The translations under genes and the position numbers were made by a program. DNA of 64,000 nt from Piromyces finnis finn (taxonomy: Eukaryota; Fungi; Neocallimastigomycota). The stretch lies in the NCBI GenBank assembly GCA_002104945.1, contig MCFH01000006.1, positions 372,001 through 436,000 on the forward strand. The letters run 5' to 3'. Below, piece after piece: positions 36,466 through 49,449 of this stretch. The first letter of the stretch is position 1; each line of letters opens with the position of its first letter. Under the pieces are notes generated by a model, which did no database searches, had not been told where the DNA came from, and saw only the letters and a program-made list of their open reading frames with translations.

Positions 36466-39400
36466 GGCATCAAATATTTTAAACTTTATTATTAATTTAA
36501 TTAAAATTATAATACATGTAATAAAAAATTAAAAAATAAAAATAAAAATAAAAAAAAATATGTTTAAATAAACACAAATGAATAAAAATTGGGTATAATG
36601 TATTCTAGTAATTTTAATTAAAGTAAGAAAGCCACTATCATACTAAAGTATAATAATTGTATTTGACTTCCAATGGGACACCGAGCCAAAGATCAAAATT
36701 TTGTCATGGAACAAAATTATGATCTCCATTGGTTGCGCTGGCCCTCCTGGCCTGTCTTACTGTTTCTTCAGCATTGACGCTCTTGGATGTTGCTTCAAAC
36801 CTTTTGAACATTGTCCATTGCTGGCCAATAGCAAAAGGCATGATTTTGGTTAGAAGTTCCGCGGTTACCGTCAAGAATGGTGTTCCTTCGTTAGTATCAG
36901 ATTGAATCTGACGCTTACAAAGTTCTTTCCATTCCCTTGAATTGTAATTAATATTGTTAAAACTTCTTCCCCCAAGAAGGAATTTAAATATTTTACTGTA
37001 CACACTAGAATAATCATACACATTAATATTCACCGGATTATTAGAACTATTACTATCATTAACTAAATTACTATCTAAATTAGAATTATTATCTTCACTA
37101 TTGCTATCATTACTAATATTATTATTTCTATTATTGTTATTATTACTATTGTTACTATTACTATTGTTACTATTACTATTGTTATTACTACTATTGTTAC
37201 TATTACTATTAATGTTATTACTATCTCTACTGATATTATCAATTTCATTATTATTGATAGGACTATTGGAATTACGTTGACTGAAAAAATTTAATAGCTG
37301 AACTATGGAATCATAATGTTTAATACGGATATCTCTAAATGTTGGACAATCTAATAACCAATGTTTAATACTTTGAACACCACACTTGCAACATGGACAG
37401 TAGTTAGGACAAACTGGATCAACAAATTTGGCAGCTTTGGCAACTCTAGCATCCAACTTGTATCCGCTTCTTGCTTTCAATAGCCAGTAGAAGCCATAGG
37501 CAAACTCTGGGTATTCATAACATAATTTAATAAAATCTTTAGTTTCAATAAATTTATTATCATCATAATATTGCGCTTTGATTGAATTCCCTTTGAGATC
37601 TTTCCAATAAAAGTTTTTAACTGCTTTAACATCTCCATGTTTCTTTAGTTTTTTATCAAGTGTCCTACTTGATTTGCACCACGTGTATTTTCTAAATTTA
37701 GGAATGTAATTGACAAGGTGTGAGATAATACAATTTGAGTTTTTCCATTTGTTAAAACATCTAACCTGAGCTAACGCACATTTGGCTGACAATGGAGGAA
37801 TATTCAAATCTTTTGAGATAGAGTATAAAGATATAAACGATACAGCTTTATGAACTCCGGCAACCCATCGTATTCCTTTGTTAACATGCTTCTGAGCAAT
37901 TCTAGACCTAGCTTTGTTGGATCCAAGTAATGGTGCAAAGTATGAAACTCTGCTGATTACTTGTGAGTTAAGTACTAGTTTTTTGAAAGGAATAGGAATA
38001 TTAGGATTTCTTAAGAATTTACTGACTGAGAAAAGTCCTTTCAAAACCTTGTTATTAAGAGCTTTAATTACTGGTTTAAGGGACAGATTCTTATCAAATG
38101 GAACACCAAGATAAGTATAGCAATCAGTAGTTGGAATGGGTTGTCCTGCTAAGTAAAATGTTGGATCTCTCTTGTTCTGATTTTCTATTGATTCAGGACG
38201 AATCACCATCGTTGAACATTTCTGGATACCAAATTCCATTTCATTATACAGTGCCCATTCATTAACTCTTCTAAGCATCTTTTTTAAGCATCCTCTTGTT
38301 GGAGCACAAATAACTATATCATCTGCAAAAAGTCCACCACAGCATCGAGTGTCACCTAAACTGACTCCTAGATCTTCGCACTCTCTAAATATATCATTAA
38401 TAAAGAGATTAAAGAGAATAGGAGAAAGAGGGCATCCTTGACGGACTCCTTTCTTCACATCAAAAGATTTCGAGAATTGTCCATCTAATTTGACATTAGC
38501 CTTAGATGTTAAATATAAATTTTTGATAAATTGTAGACTCTTACCTCGGATTCCTAAACAATCTAATTTATGGAGAATATTACCGATTGGGACTGAATCG
38601 TATGCTTTCCTGAGATCTAAAAAGGCCAAATATGTCTCTGTATTATCTAATTGACGTCTACGGCATATTTCTTGGATTGAAATGAAAAGACTAATACTTT
38701 CTTCCTTTTTTCGAAAACCAAATTGTTCAGGTCTAATGAAATTATTCTTTAGACCATATTCTGAGATTCTAGTGGTGACAATTTTGGAAATCAACTTAAT
38801 ACCATTATTGATAAGTGATATACCTCGATAGTTATCACAATCTGTCAAATCTCCCTTCTTAGGAATAGAAACAATACTGGATTCATTCCATGAGTTGGGG
38901 AAATCTCCATCCCAAATACGGTTGAATAATTTAAGAATAAAATTTAAACCATGAGCATCATTATCTGAAGTAGTATTACCAGAAGAATTATTATCTGTAG
39001 CATTATTAGAATCATTACTTGATGGAACTAATGCTTTGTAAAATTCAATTGGAATACCATCCGGACCTGATGCTTTATAATTTGGAGTAGTGAGGATAGC
39101 TGACTTGACTTCATCAATACTAATATCTTGGTTGATATCCCACTCATCAAGCATAGGAAGTGAAAAACGTTTATTCGTTGGTTCTTCATACCAATGCTCC
39201 AAATCAAGACTTACACCATTTGGGTCTGATGCAAGATTTTCGAAATGATCATGCCACACATCTAGTTGTTCTTCTGTAGCAACAACTAATTCTCCATTTT
39301 TATTTTTAATTGGTTGAGCAATAAAGAAAGAATCTTTTCCAATTTTTGCAGTTTTCTTGATCCATTTCCAGGCCTTCTTAGGATTATGACTCTTCATATA

Positions 39401-42114
39401 CTCACATCCTGTTTTAATCCAATGAAGATATTCTTGCTTCCTAAATTCATTACATCTTTTGTGGATGTAATCAATGAGTTTACGGTAGATTTTAATTCTT
39501 TTAATAAATTCATCTATATCATAAATTCTTTCTTTTTTAAATCTCTTATACAACTTCATTTTGATTTTTTGAAGATTAAAAATTTGTTGTGAAATATGAA
39601 ATGAAGACTTTATAACATTATTTGCTGAGGTAATACTGAGCTCGTCTGCAATTGAAAAAGCAGTTGAAGTAAACTCTTTGGAAAGTTCATCTGTAGAAAC
39701 ATTAGGATCGCTGGATTTTGCTGAAAGTATTTGGAATTTATTATGACTGAGAATAGATTCCTTTTCCTCAATACATTTTAATCTATTCCATTTCAGAATT
39801 TTCTTAGGAACATTAAAGTCATTAGAAAAATCTTCCATAGGAATAATTTTACCATTAATAAGAAGTGGCTTATGGTCTGATACAGGATAAAAATTATTTA
39901 TAAATGATCCTGAGTGAATAAGATCTTTCATCTTCGAATTGATAAGAGCATGGTCAATGTCGGAAGATTGATCACCTCGAGTCCAAGAGATAGTAGACCC
40001 TCTAAGCGGAAGAATTTCCCAATCTCCTAATCCATTAGTTGATAACCAGTTGGATAATTTTACTTTAGACATATTAAAATCACCAACAAGAATCGATGGA
40101 TGGGATGAATGAGTTTGTAACCACAAGCGAACTTCTAACTTTGCATGATCAACATAGATGTTGTGATGACTATGAGGCATATAAACATTACCAATCGAGC
40201 ATTTGAATCTATTCCAGAGACTAAAAGTATAAATAGAAATAATATACTTTCCAGAGAAGTTTTCAAGTGAGGCTTGACACGAATTGTGAAAACCTAAATA
40301 TAAACCTCTCATTCCCGGAACTGATTCGTCAGCTTTCTTGAAAAAGTGTCTATAGTTTCGCAAAGTAACACGACAAGGATAATCTGTATTCGATCCAGAA
40401 CCATTACCAGTTTCTTGGAAACATAAAAATAATGGTTTGAAAATAGCTGTGAAATAGCTAATACTATCTCTCTTTTCGTGATTCCACCCATTGGTGTTCC
40501 AACTAAGACAAAAAGAAAAGTTATCAGGCTTGTTGGATGAGGAAGAATCGTTGCTATTATTATTATTATTAAAGTCATCGTTATTAATGGATGATGCATC
40601 AGAGGAATAAGTAGAACTATTACTAGATGGCTGTGAAACTGAAGAACTATCAACTATTGAACTGTTATCAGAGTTGATAGAGCTATTAGAATTAATTGTT
40701 GAATGTTGAGATTGAAATTGTGTTTGCTGTAGATCTGGAATATTTTCATGATTGGAAACTTGTTGAAGATCTTGTTGAAGATCTAGTTGAAGATCGGATT
40801 GTTGATGAGATTGTTGAACTGATTGTTGAAATGATTGTTGAATAGAATGTTGATGTTTATTAGAAACTAAAATTTTACGTTTGAGAGTGGAAAAAGTGTA
40901 TTTGTGATTCCTTCTACTACGAGCTGAAAAGGAAATTGAGGTAACTGAAAGTTTCTTCTTTAACATGTGTAAGATTTTAATACAATCTTTCGATGAACCA
41001 TGAACCTTGACTAAGAAAAAGTGATCATTGAAAGTCTGAAAATATTTAACACTAATAACTGAATTAAATTTATCTTCTAGAATAACCTCGAGTTTTTCCC
41101 ATAGCATATTTACTGACCATGATCGAATACCACGGATAAAGAAGGAGCGAATATCATCTAAGGGGATACCATAAGACCGGGTACCACGTCTGATATAATT
41201 CTTATCTTTAATATAAAGGACTGACATGATAATAAATTCTAATTAAAAAATATTGAATATAAAATAAATACTAATAAAAATTACAAATATAACGTATATG
41301 GAAAAAAATCTGTCTCTCTCTCTCTTCTTAAAAGTACTGGATAGAACAAAAATTGTTACGATGCTTTGTTTAAAGTTTCTTTTTTTGAATTCTAGTTGTA
41401 AATTTTCTTTAAAAATTCTAGTTTTGGTTTGTTGTTAGTAAATTCGATTCGCTTTTTGACACTAAAATTGTTTGACTTTACTTTTCATTAAATATTTAAA
41501 TTGGTAAAAAATTTGAATCAAGAATGTCGACACCAGAAAGCTTGTGAATAGTATTTTTACATGATGTAGAGTGAATCAGTCTCTTACAAGAAACAATACA
41601 ACAATAGCTACATGAATATAAAAATACAATGCAAATGCTAAAGTTGACTACATTGGATTCTTACAAGAGAAGAGTAGTACTACATGAATACATGAATAAA
41701 AGAAAAAATACAGCAACAAAATGTATTACTCTTCTAATTAAATACTATACAAACTTACCTGAATATCAAACATTCAACTTATTCATCAAATACTCAATTC
41801 GATGAATAAAATGTTTTTTAATCGCTCAGTACCATGAGCTTAGTCCTAATAATTTTCCCTTAAAGACTAACCAAGCATCCATTGCGCAATGCTTGGATTT
41901 AATTCTTTCTACTCTCTCAGTACCATGAGCATGAGTAGACCCCCTTGATAAACTCCATTATTAAATAAATGAAGGCACGTTCCTAAGAGGGCACCAAGCA
42001 TCCATTGCGCAATACTTGGATTTAATTCTTTCTACTCTCTCAGTACCATGAGCATGAGTAGACCCCCTTGAGAAACTACATTTATTAAATAAATGAAGGC
42101 ACGTTCCCAAGAGG
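36430..42114 (-). mobile_element. Full-length non-LTR retrotransposon (family A, copy 2) with 15-bp TSD
   Basis: Poly(A) tail as T-run 36429-36462; 5' end CCTCTTGGG at 42114; TSD TAATTCTATTATCAT at 36415-36429 and 42116-42130 with one extra T at 42115. Confidence 0.97.
36704..41227 (-). CDS. Single ORF of family A copy 2 (1507 aa): RRM-like, APE, RT, CCHC
   Basis: Near-identical to 22711-27279, differing mainly in QQSV repeat number and the Asn-rich tract; all catalytic motifs intact. Confidence 0.96.
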   Translation of the reverse strand: MSVLYIKDKNYIRRGTRSYGIPLDDIRSFFIRGIRSWSVNMLWEKLEVILEDKFNSVISVKYFQTFNDHFFLVKVHGSSKDCIKILHMLKKKLSVTSISFSARSRRNHKYTFSTLKRKILVSNKHQHSIQQSFQQSVQQSHQQSDLQLDLQQDLQQVSNHENIPDLQQTQFQSQHSTINSNSSINSDNSSIVDSSSVSQPSSNSSTYSSDASSINNDDFNNNNNSNDSSSSNKPDNFSFCLSWNTNGWNHEKRDSISYFTAIFKPLFLCFQETGNGSGSNTDYPCRVTLRNYRHFFKKADESVPGMRGLYLGFHNSCQASLENFSGKYIISIYTFSLWNRFKCSIGNVYMPHSHHNIYVDHAKLEVRLWLQTHSSHPSILVGDFNMSKVKLSNWLSTNGLGDWEILPLRGSTISWTRGDQSSDIDHALINSKMKDLIHSGSFINNFYPVSDHKPLLINGKIIPMEDFSNDFNVPKKILKWNRLKCIEEKESILSHNKFQILSAKSSDPNVSTDELSKEFTSTAFSIADELSITSANNVIKSSFHISQQIFNLQKIKMKLYKRFKKERIYDIDEFIKRIKIYRKLIDYIHKRCNEFRKQEYLHWIKTGCEYMKSHNPKKAWKWIKKTAKIGKDSFFIAQPIKNKNGELVVATEEQLDVWHDHFENLASDPNGVSLDLEHWYEEPTNKRFSLPMLDEWDINQDISIDEVKSAILTTPNYKASGPDGIPIEFYKALVPSSNDSNNATDNNSSGNTTSDNDAHGLNFILKLFNRIWDGDFPNSWNESSIVSIPKKGDLTDCDNYRGISLINNGIKLISKIVTTRISEYGLKNNFIRPEQFGFRKKEESISLFISIQEICRRRQLDNTETYLAFLDLRKAYDSVPIGNILHKLDCLGIRGKSLQFIKNLYLTSKANVKLDGQFSKSFDVKKGVRQGCPLSPILFNLFINDIFRECEDLGVSLGDTRCCGGLFADDIVICAPTRGCLKKMLRRVNEWALYNEMEFGIQKCSTMVIRPESIENQNKRDPTFYLAGQPIPTTDCYTYLGVPFDKNLSLKPVIKALNNKVLKGLFSVSKFLRNPNIPIPFKKLVLNSQVISRVSYFAPLLGSNKARSRIAQKHVNKGIRWVAGVHKAVSFISLYSISKDLNIPPLSAKCALAQVRCFNKWKNSNCIISHLVNYIPKFRKYTWCKSSRTLDKKLKKHGDVKAVKNFYWKDLKGNSIKAQYYDDNKFIETKDFIKLCYEYPEFAYGFYWLLKARSGYKLDARVAKAAKFVDPVCPNYCPCCKCGVQSIKHWLLDCPTFRDIRIKHYDSIVQLLNFFSQRNSNSPINNNEIDNISRDSNNINSNSNNSSNNNSNSNNSNSNNSNNNNNRNNNISNDSNSEDNNSNLDSNLVNDSNSSNNPVNINVYDYSSVYSKIFKFLLGGRSFNNINYNSREWKELCKRQIQSDTNEGTPFLTVTAELLTKIMPFAIGQQWTMFKRFEATSKSVNAEETVRQARRASATNGDHNFVP

Positions 42115-43054
42115 TTAATTCTATTATCATCCCAGCTGCAATTATCCAAACTCCATTTTTCAATAATAATGGACAAGACTATATTAACTATGGTTTAACT
42201 GGTTCAATAATTGGTCATGAGTTAACTCACGCTTTCGATAATGAAGGTAGATTATATGATATGGATGGTAAATTAAATAATTGGGTAGGTTATTTTAATA
42301 AAAATTATATATTAATAAATATAAATGGTAAATAGTATATTTATTAATATATGATTGAATGATTAATTTTATTACTTTTTTAATCAATAATGACTTTATT
42401 TAATAGTGGACAGATAATGATAGTGAAGAGTTTATTGAATTTTCTCAATGTTTTATTCATGAGTAATATAAATTTTATATTTTTTTTTTAATAAGAATAA
42501 AAAAAAAATAGTGTAATAATATTAATGCTTATCAAAAATGTCTTTTCTTTATATATATATTAATAGATATAATTCAATCATATATGATATTGAAAATAAA
42601 AAATATAATGTTAATGGGGAGGTAAATATAGAATATTAATTATAATAAATAAAGTATTTTTTATATATCAATTAAAATATTAACAAAATTGAAATGTATA
42701 GAGAACTCTTGGAGAAAATCTTGCTGACAATGGCGGTTTAGCTAGAGCTTATGATGCTTGGCAATTATCATTATTAAAAAATCCAGAAAATGCAGCTGAA
42801 CGTAATAAGATGCTTCCAGGTTTCCAAGGTTATACTATTGATCAATTATTCTATATTTCATATGGACAAACATTTTGTTCTATAAATAATAGTATTAATC
42901 TTATTGATGAACATTCCCCAGGAATTGCTCGTATTAATGGTGTTATTTCTAATTCTAAACATTTTGCTGAAACTTTTAATTGTCCATCAAATTCTCCTAT
43001 GAATCCAGAAAATAAATGTATTATTTGGTAAAACAAAATATAGTAAGAAATTAT

Positions 43055-43099
<45 letters not shown>

Positions 43100-43509
43100 T
43101 ATTAATAATAATAGAAAATATATTTAGATGATTTCATGAGTTTATGAATAATAAATTATAATTATTTTTTTTATTATTATAATATAGCTTAGAATTTTTA
43201 GATGATAAATCTAATTAAATCTAATTAATAAATATAATATAAAAGTGGTTCTATTAATAATAGAAAATATTAAAAAATAAAAAAAGATCAAAAGAAAATA
43301 GAAAAAAAAAATAAAAATATATATTTTAAGAAATATTGTAAAAATATTTTTAAAATCTAATTATATATAAAAGATATAATAAAGATTCAAAAAGAAAAAA
43401 TAATTTTTATTAAACACAAATGAATTAAAAAAAAAAAGAGTGTAATAAGGGTTTAGTAATTTTATCTTTTTTTTTTTAGTTTTAAAATATTGGAGGAAAT
43501 ACGACATGA

Positions 43510-43830
43510 ATTATACTAATGTTTTTTATTGCTGTCCAACAATAATTAAGATTCAAAAAATTTAAAGTAGCAACCAAGTGCGTCAATGTTGATGAAATAA
43601 GCCAGAAAAACCAATAGAGATTATAATTTTGTCCCATGATAAAATTTGATCTCTGAGGCTGAGTGCCATTGGAAGTCAATTATTGTACTCAAGTATAATA
43701 GTGGCTAAAAGTAGCCGTTTTACTTTAATTAAAATGACTAGAATACATTGTATTTTATTTTTTTTTAAACTTTAATTTTTTAAATACATGAGCATTTTTT
43801 TTTTAATTATCTTCAATTAAAAAGAGTTTT
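43510..43830 (+). mobile_element. Old, diverged 3' end relic of a family A-like LINE
   Basis: Similar to 27130-27400: CCAAG.GCGTCAATG, CCAAT.GAGA..ATAATTTTGT.CCATGA, CCATTGGAAGTCAA, TACTTTAATTAAAAT.ACTAGAATACATT. Confidence 0.75.
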
Positions 43831-44342
43831 CAAAGTATAATTTTATTGATTTATTTTATTTTATTTCAAATCATATAATTAAAATGATACTCTTACACTC
43901 AGAACACTTTAAATTATTCATAAAAGGATATATATATTAATGGTATATACTATTTTTTTTTTGTCTTATTTTATTTTTATAGGTGATTTTTCATAATCCT
44001 TTATAAAATTTATATATATATATATATTTTTAATTTTCTTTTTTTTTCCTCTTTTTTTTTTTTTTTTTTTTTTATTTTTTGTTAAAAAAAGAAAAAAAGA
44101 AGAAGGATAGTATAAAAAAAAAAAAAAATTAAATAAGAAAAAAAAAAAAAGGATTTTTTTTTTATATTTTTAAATTAATAAATAGGTTAAATAAATAAGT
44201 AAACAACAAGTAATATGAATTATTATTATTTTAAATTAAAAAAGGTTATCTTATTAATAAGACAGACAGTTTTTTCAATAAAATATATTGACGATAATGG
44301 ATTTTTGTTTTGTTTTTCTTTTTTTTTTTTTAAAAAAAAAAA

Positions 44343-46251
44343 TTATGGAGAAAACCATGCTTCAATAGGAATTTCCGGTGATGTAATTTTATCACGATGT
44401 TCGTAAAGTTGACGGTAGGCACTTTTCATAGTAGATTCAGTACAACCACATACTTCAGCAACTTCCTTTGATGTTTTTTGATTCTTTGACATATGAGAAA
44501 CAAAGTAAAGACAGGCAGCAACCAAGGTAATTGGACTTTTACCACCCAAAGTACCTTCTCTATTAGCGTTTTGAGCAACTGTTCTAGCATATTTACAAAT
44601 ACTTTGTTCCATATTAAGTTGATTTCCAAAACGTTCAATGTAAGATTTAATCTTAGCATTACCAGAATCAGCCATCATAAATTCATTAATATCAATTTCT
44701 TCATTACTGTCCTTAGAGTCTTGAGTAATAAGAATTTCTTTTAAAAGTTTATAACAACGACCAATATCTTTTTTAGGTACCTTGGTTAAACTACTAATTT
44801 CATGAAGGGTACGTGGAACTTTATGTTGTTTACAAGCAATATAAAAACATGCGGCAATAATTGGGTCTTGCTTTTTACCTCTTAAAGATTTATTACCTTT
44901 AGCACGTTTATCTTCAGCTTTTTTATATAACTGTTTTGCAGTATCAGAAATAACTTTGGTAAGACCAATTCTATCTGCCATAGATTGAATTTCATTAAAT
45001 ACAGCTTTTATTTGTTTTTCTGATTTTTCATCTTGGACTTTATTCATTGTTCTATTTAATGCTTTTGAAGTACCTGAACCACCATCTCTTCTTGAAATAT
45101 TTGTTGATTCCAATTTTTGTTCCAATAATGGGTTTGATACACCACCTAATTACAATATATTATTTCATTTGGTATATAAATTATATTTATAACAGATTAT
45201 ATTAATTATTATCAATTATTATTCATTAAATTTAGTGGTAGCTTATATTATGAAGAATCATTATAATTATTAATAAAGGTACTTTAATATTTACCAACAC
45301 GAGATGGATCGTCATTTCCTTCATCACTATTAGAGAATGTACGCCATTCACTTCTGGTATCAATAATTCTATTACCAAGAACAAGTCCTAATATAATATT
45401 TAATACAAATCAATATCGACAATTATTATAAATTTTATTTTATTTACTCAAAAAATTAAATTTGAAATTTATAAATATCTTTTTCTCTTTCTTTCTTTCT
45501 TTTTTATTTTTTATTTTTTATTTTTATTTTTATTTTTTTCCATTTTATTATTCTAAAATTTTATTGTGTAATATTTTACATTTTAATATTGCTAGTGTAA
45601 CATTTTGAAATTTGAAATTTAAATTTCTTTTTAATTATGCTTTCTAATTATAAATTGATAGTATTATTGTTAGACCCTTATTAAATGTTAAAAATTGTAT
45701 TAATCATTGTTATAATAAATATAAACCATTTCATCATACTTATAAAATTTTAATTTCTTAAGAATTTATTGCTACAAAGCATATTAAAATAATATCATTT
45801 TGATAATTATATTATATTATATTTATATATATATTTTGAATTTTTTGAATTTTTTTTTTTTTCATTATATTATGCACAATTTTTCATTTTCCTTTAGTAT
45901 GTTTGAAAATAATTTTAAATTTCGTAATGATTTTCACGATTATTATTAATTTATTATAATATAATATTAATTGATTATTAACCCTTAACAATATATTATA
46001 TGTTTATAAATTTTATAAAAAAATATTTTATATTAAAAAAAAAAAGAAAAAAAAGAAGGAATTTGAAAAATTAAATAAAGTGGAGATAATAAAGATAATT
46101 AAAAATAATAAATTTAAAAATATTAAAATCAATATATACCACAATTTCCACAAATCATATCACCAGCAGCAAAGTTTTCTACGATATTTGGAATTGGATC
46201 TTTACAATCCTTACAGTATAATCTTAAATTTAAATCAACACCTTTACTCAT
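44343..46251 (-). CDS. SUA7: Transcription initiation factor IIB (3 exons: 46251-46140, 45387-45295, 45145-44343)
   Basis: Zn ribbon CKDC...[14 protein letters not shown]; B-reader [12 protein letters not shown]...DPSRVG; cyclin repeats with [18 protein letters not shown]; GT-AG introns join in frame. Confidence 0.95.
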
Positions 46252-47964
46252 ATTATTTTATTTTATTTTTTTCAAAAAAAAAAAAAAAAAAAAAACTTTT
46301 TATAACCTTCAAAATTTAATATAAAAAATAAACTTTTTCTTTTTAAAATAATTACTTTTTAATTATATCTAAATCGTCGTTATATTATATTTATTATTTT
46401 TACAAATGTTATTGTATTTTATCTGAAATATATGTTAATATTTTCTGAAATCAATAATAATACTATTAATAATAAATATTCAATTACTTTATCGTTATTA
46501 ATATATATTTACAAATTTTAATTTATTAATAAAAAAAACCAAAATTTCAATAAATTATTTTAATATTAAATTAAAAAATTTAAAAAAATTTTAAAAGCGC
46601 AGAATTTTAAAACTTAATATTTTAAATAAATTTAAAATATTAAGTTGATTGGATATTTTAAATCCAATCGTATAAGTAAATTACCAAGAAAATACGTTTT
46701 TCTAAACATTTCGAACAGTTATTTGCATTGTTGTTAGATATGTATCATTTAATTTTCTATTGATAAAATGCAGGTTATAGAATAATTAAAAAGATAATAA
46801 TAAAACTACAAGAGTTTATTTACTTATTTTTTTATTTATATAGCATGTCATGATTGTAAATATATAAAAGAGGTCTGTTTACTAAATACAATTATTAATT
46901 ATTTCGTTTATTCCCATTTATTATTCCATGAAATCAGCATATTAATTAATTATTTAACAAAGTTTATCCGCCAAATCTTCTTTAAAATTAAAGTTTAAAA
47001 ATGTTTAATAACTTTTTATTAAAATATTACAAACTAATTTCATAATATTTATTTATAAAAAAAAAAATTGCTATAATATTTAAATGTTTATTAGGTAATA
47101 TATATATCGATGAATATAATTTTAAATTACATATATCAATGTCTTTACTTCAATTATTATCATTATAATTGTGACTTTTTTTTTTTTTTTCAATAGTATC
47201 CATAATTTATTAGTATAAAAATAATCCTTTCAATAATACACCTTTAATAATACACCTTTAATGGAAGAATTATAATTTAAATAAATATTTAAAAACAATA
47301 TAATAACAGAACAATATATATTTTGGTTTAATTAAGGCTTTATTTTGATTTTTATAATTTGTATGATTAAGTGTGTGAGAAAAAAAAAATAGGTTTATAT
47401 TTGTACATAAATATCAACTATTCTTTTGTATATATTATTATGTAATATATTATTTCATTATGAATCTTAAATGAAAGAGTAAAATGTTTTTTTTTTTTGT
47501 TAAATCTATCATGAAAATGAAAATTATTTTTGTTTTTTTAAACATAAAAAAAAAAATAAATAAATAAAAAAAATTAAAATAATAATATTAAATAATGAAA
47601 ATTAGAATCTCATAGTTTTAATAAATTAAACAATTACAGGTAGACATTTATATTTGAAAAATATCTATCTTTTTTACTATAGTTTTTTTTTTTTTTTTTT
47701 TTTTTTTTTGGGTTATTCTTTTATAATGCTTAATTTATATATTTCTGAATTTTTAATTACTAATTTGTTTTATTCAATAAAGAAAATTAATTTGATTGAT
47801 ATATTAAAATGTGATGATGATGATGATATTTTTGTTTAATTAATATGCGTATATTTATTTTAATGATTGTATTTTCAATTTAATATGCGAATATTTAATT
47901 TAGTGTGTTATTTCTAATGTTTTAAATGTGATTAATTGTAGGTGTTGATTACTTATATATTAAA

Positions 47965-49449
47965 TTAACGTATTGGGTTTGGTGAAGAAGATTTCCTTAT
48001 TCTACCCATTCTTTCTAAACTACCATCCTTTAATTTATAAGCTGGTTCATATTTTTCTTCATCGCTATCTGTTTCAATTTTTAATGCAGGGTTTTTTATA
48101 GTATTATTTGTTCCTCCCAATGAAGTATATCTTTTTATAAATAAAAATAAATTTTATTAGAATTAAAATACCTTTATATGGTAAAATTTTAAGTATATAA
48201 ATTTTTAATAATATAACTTGCATACCCTTGTTCATATAAACTACAATATGGAACGTTTAATCTTAATAAGAATGTCCATACATCGTTATAATCCCAATTT
48301 AAAATGGGTAATATTCTCATGAAATCTGGCCAACCTTTATCAGTTGGAGTAAATGGTTGTAAATGTTCTAATTATATAAAAATTATTAATTATTGAATAA
48401 TATATTTTTTTAAAAATTGTTTTGTAATTAATATAATAATCTACCTGAATATGGATCAGTACTACGAACACCAACAGATATAGCTTTCATATCTGTTCTT
48501 TGATCTAAGAAAGCCTTTAATGCATCTTTCATTGGTTCAGCAATTGATATTAAATCTAAATCATATCTATTATTTTTATTTTAAATAAAAAAATATAATA
48601 ATTTTTGATTATTATATATTTTTAAATTTTTATAGTTTTAGAAATTAGCTAAATAAAAGTTAATTACAAATCTTTTGCTTGTCGAATATATTCGTCAATT
48701 TCTGGGAAAGGATAGGCATTCATAATGTATACAGTTGGAATTCTAGGTAAATCTTCTTCAGGTGAAATTAATTCTGGGTGTCTTACTGCATATCTATATA
48801 AACCAATGGATAATAAATGAAGAAGTACAGTACAATCTTTGCCCCCATTAAAACTAAAGCCAAACACTCTTTAATAGTTTATTTAAATTATTTTATTAAA
48901 TGTTATTTATTAATATTTTTTAGGTTTTTAAACTTATCAATATTTTAAATTTGATTAATATATACCCATATCTTTCATATGCTTCATCTATAACATCAAC
49001 AGTTTCTCTTAGTTTTTCTGAAAATGTTGTATTCTCATTCATTAATTCTTCTACATCTTTATTAATAGTAGAATAAAATATTCTCCTTGTAAATAAATGT
49101 TGGTTATTTACCAATTTCTCTTTTGCTATTTCATTATTCTAATTATTAAACAAATTATTTAACAAGATACAATTATAAAATGTTATTAAAAATTTCCAAG
49201 ATTTCCCATTTATATTATTCTTCAAAAAAATACATCTTTATAACTATTTATATATACCAAATCATTAGCACAATCAAAAACTTCGGCTTTTGAACAGTGA
49301 GTGTTATGTAATTCAGAATGTGGATTACATACATTGGGTATATATAAATTATGTGTTATATTATTGTTACTAGCATTGAAAATTGGTTCAGTGTAGTTAC
49401 TTAATGGTACTGAAGATATTACCATATTTGTTTCTGTATGGATTGACAT
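47965..49449 (-). CDS. FAD1: FAD synthetase (PAPS reductase family), multi-exon
   Basis: [14 protein letters not shown]; GVRSTDP; [27 protein letters not shown]; [14 protein letters not shown]; stop at 47965-47967. Start codon at 49449 is less certain. Confidence 0.9.

Larger units (their letters stand above)
33606..43031 (+). pseudogene. M13 family (neprilysin/ECE-like) zinc metallopeptidase, multi-exon, interrupted by a LINE insertion
   Basis: Signal-peptide-like start; PCDDFYHFACGGW (about 34036-34075); VNAFYYPNTNSII|IPAAIIQTPFF split by the insertion; HELTH zinc motif; GENLADNGG; HSPGIAR; ends CIIW-stop at 43031. Confidence 0.93.
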
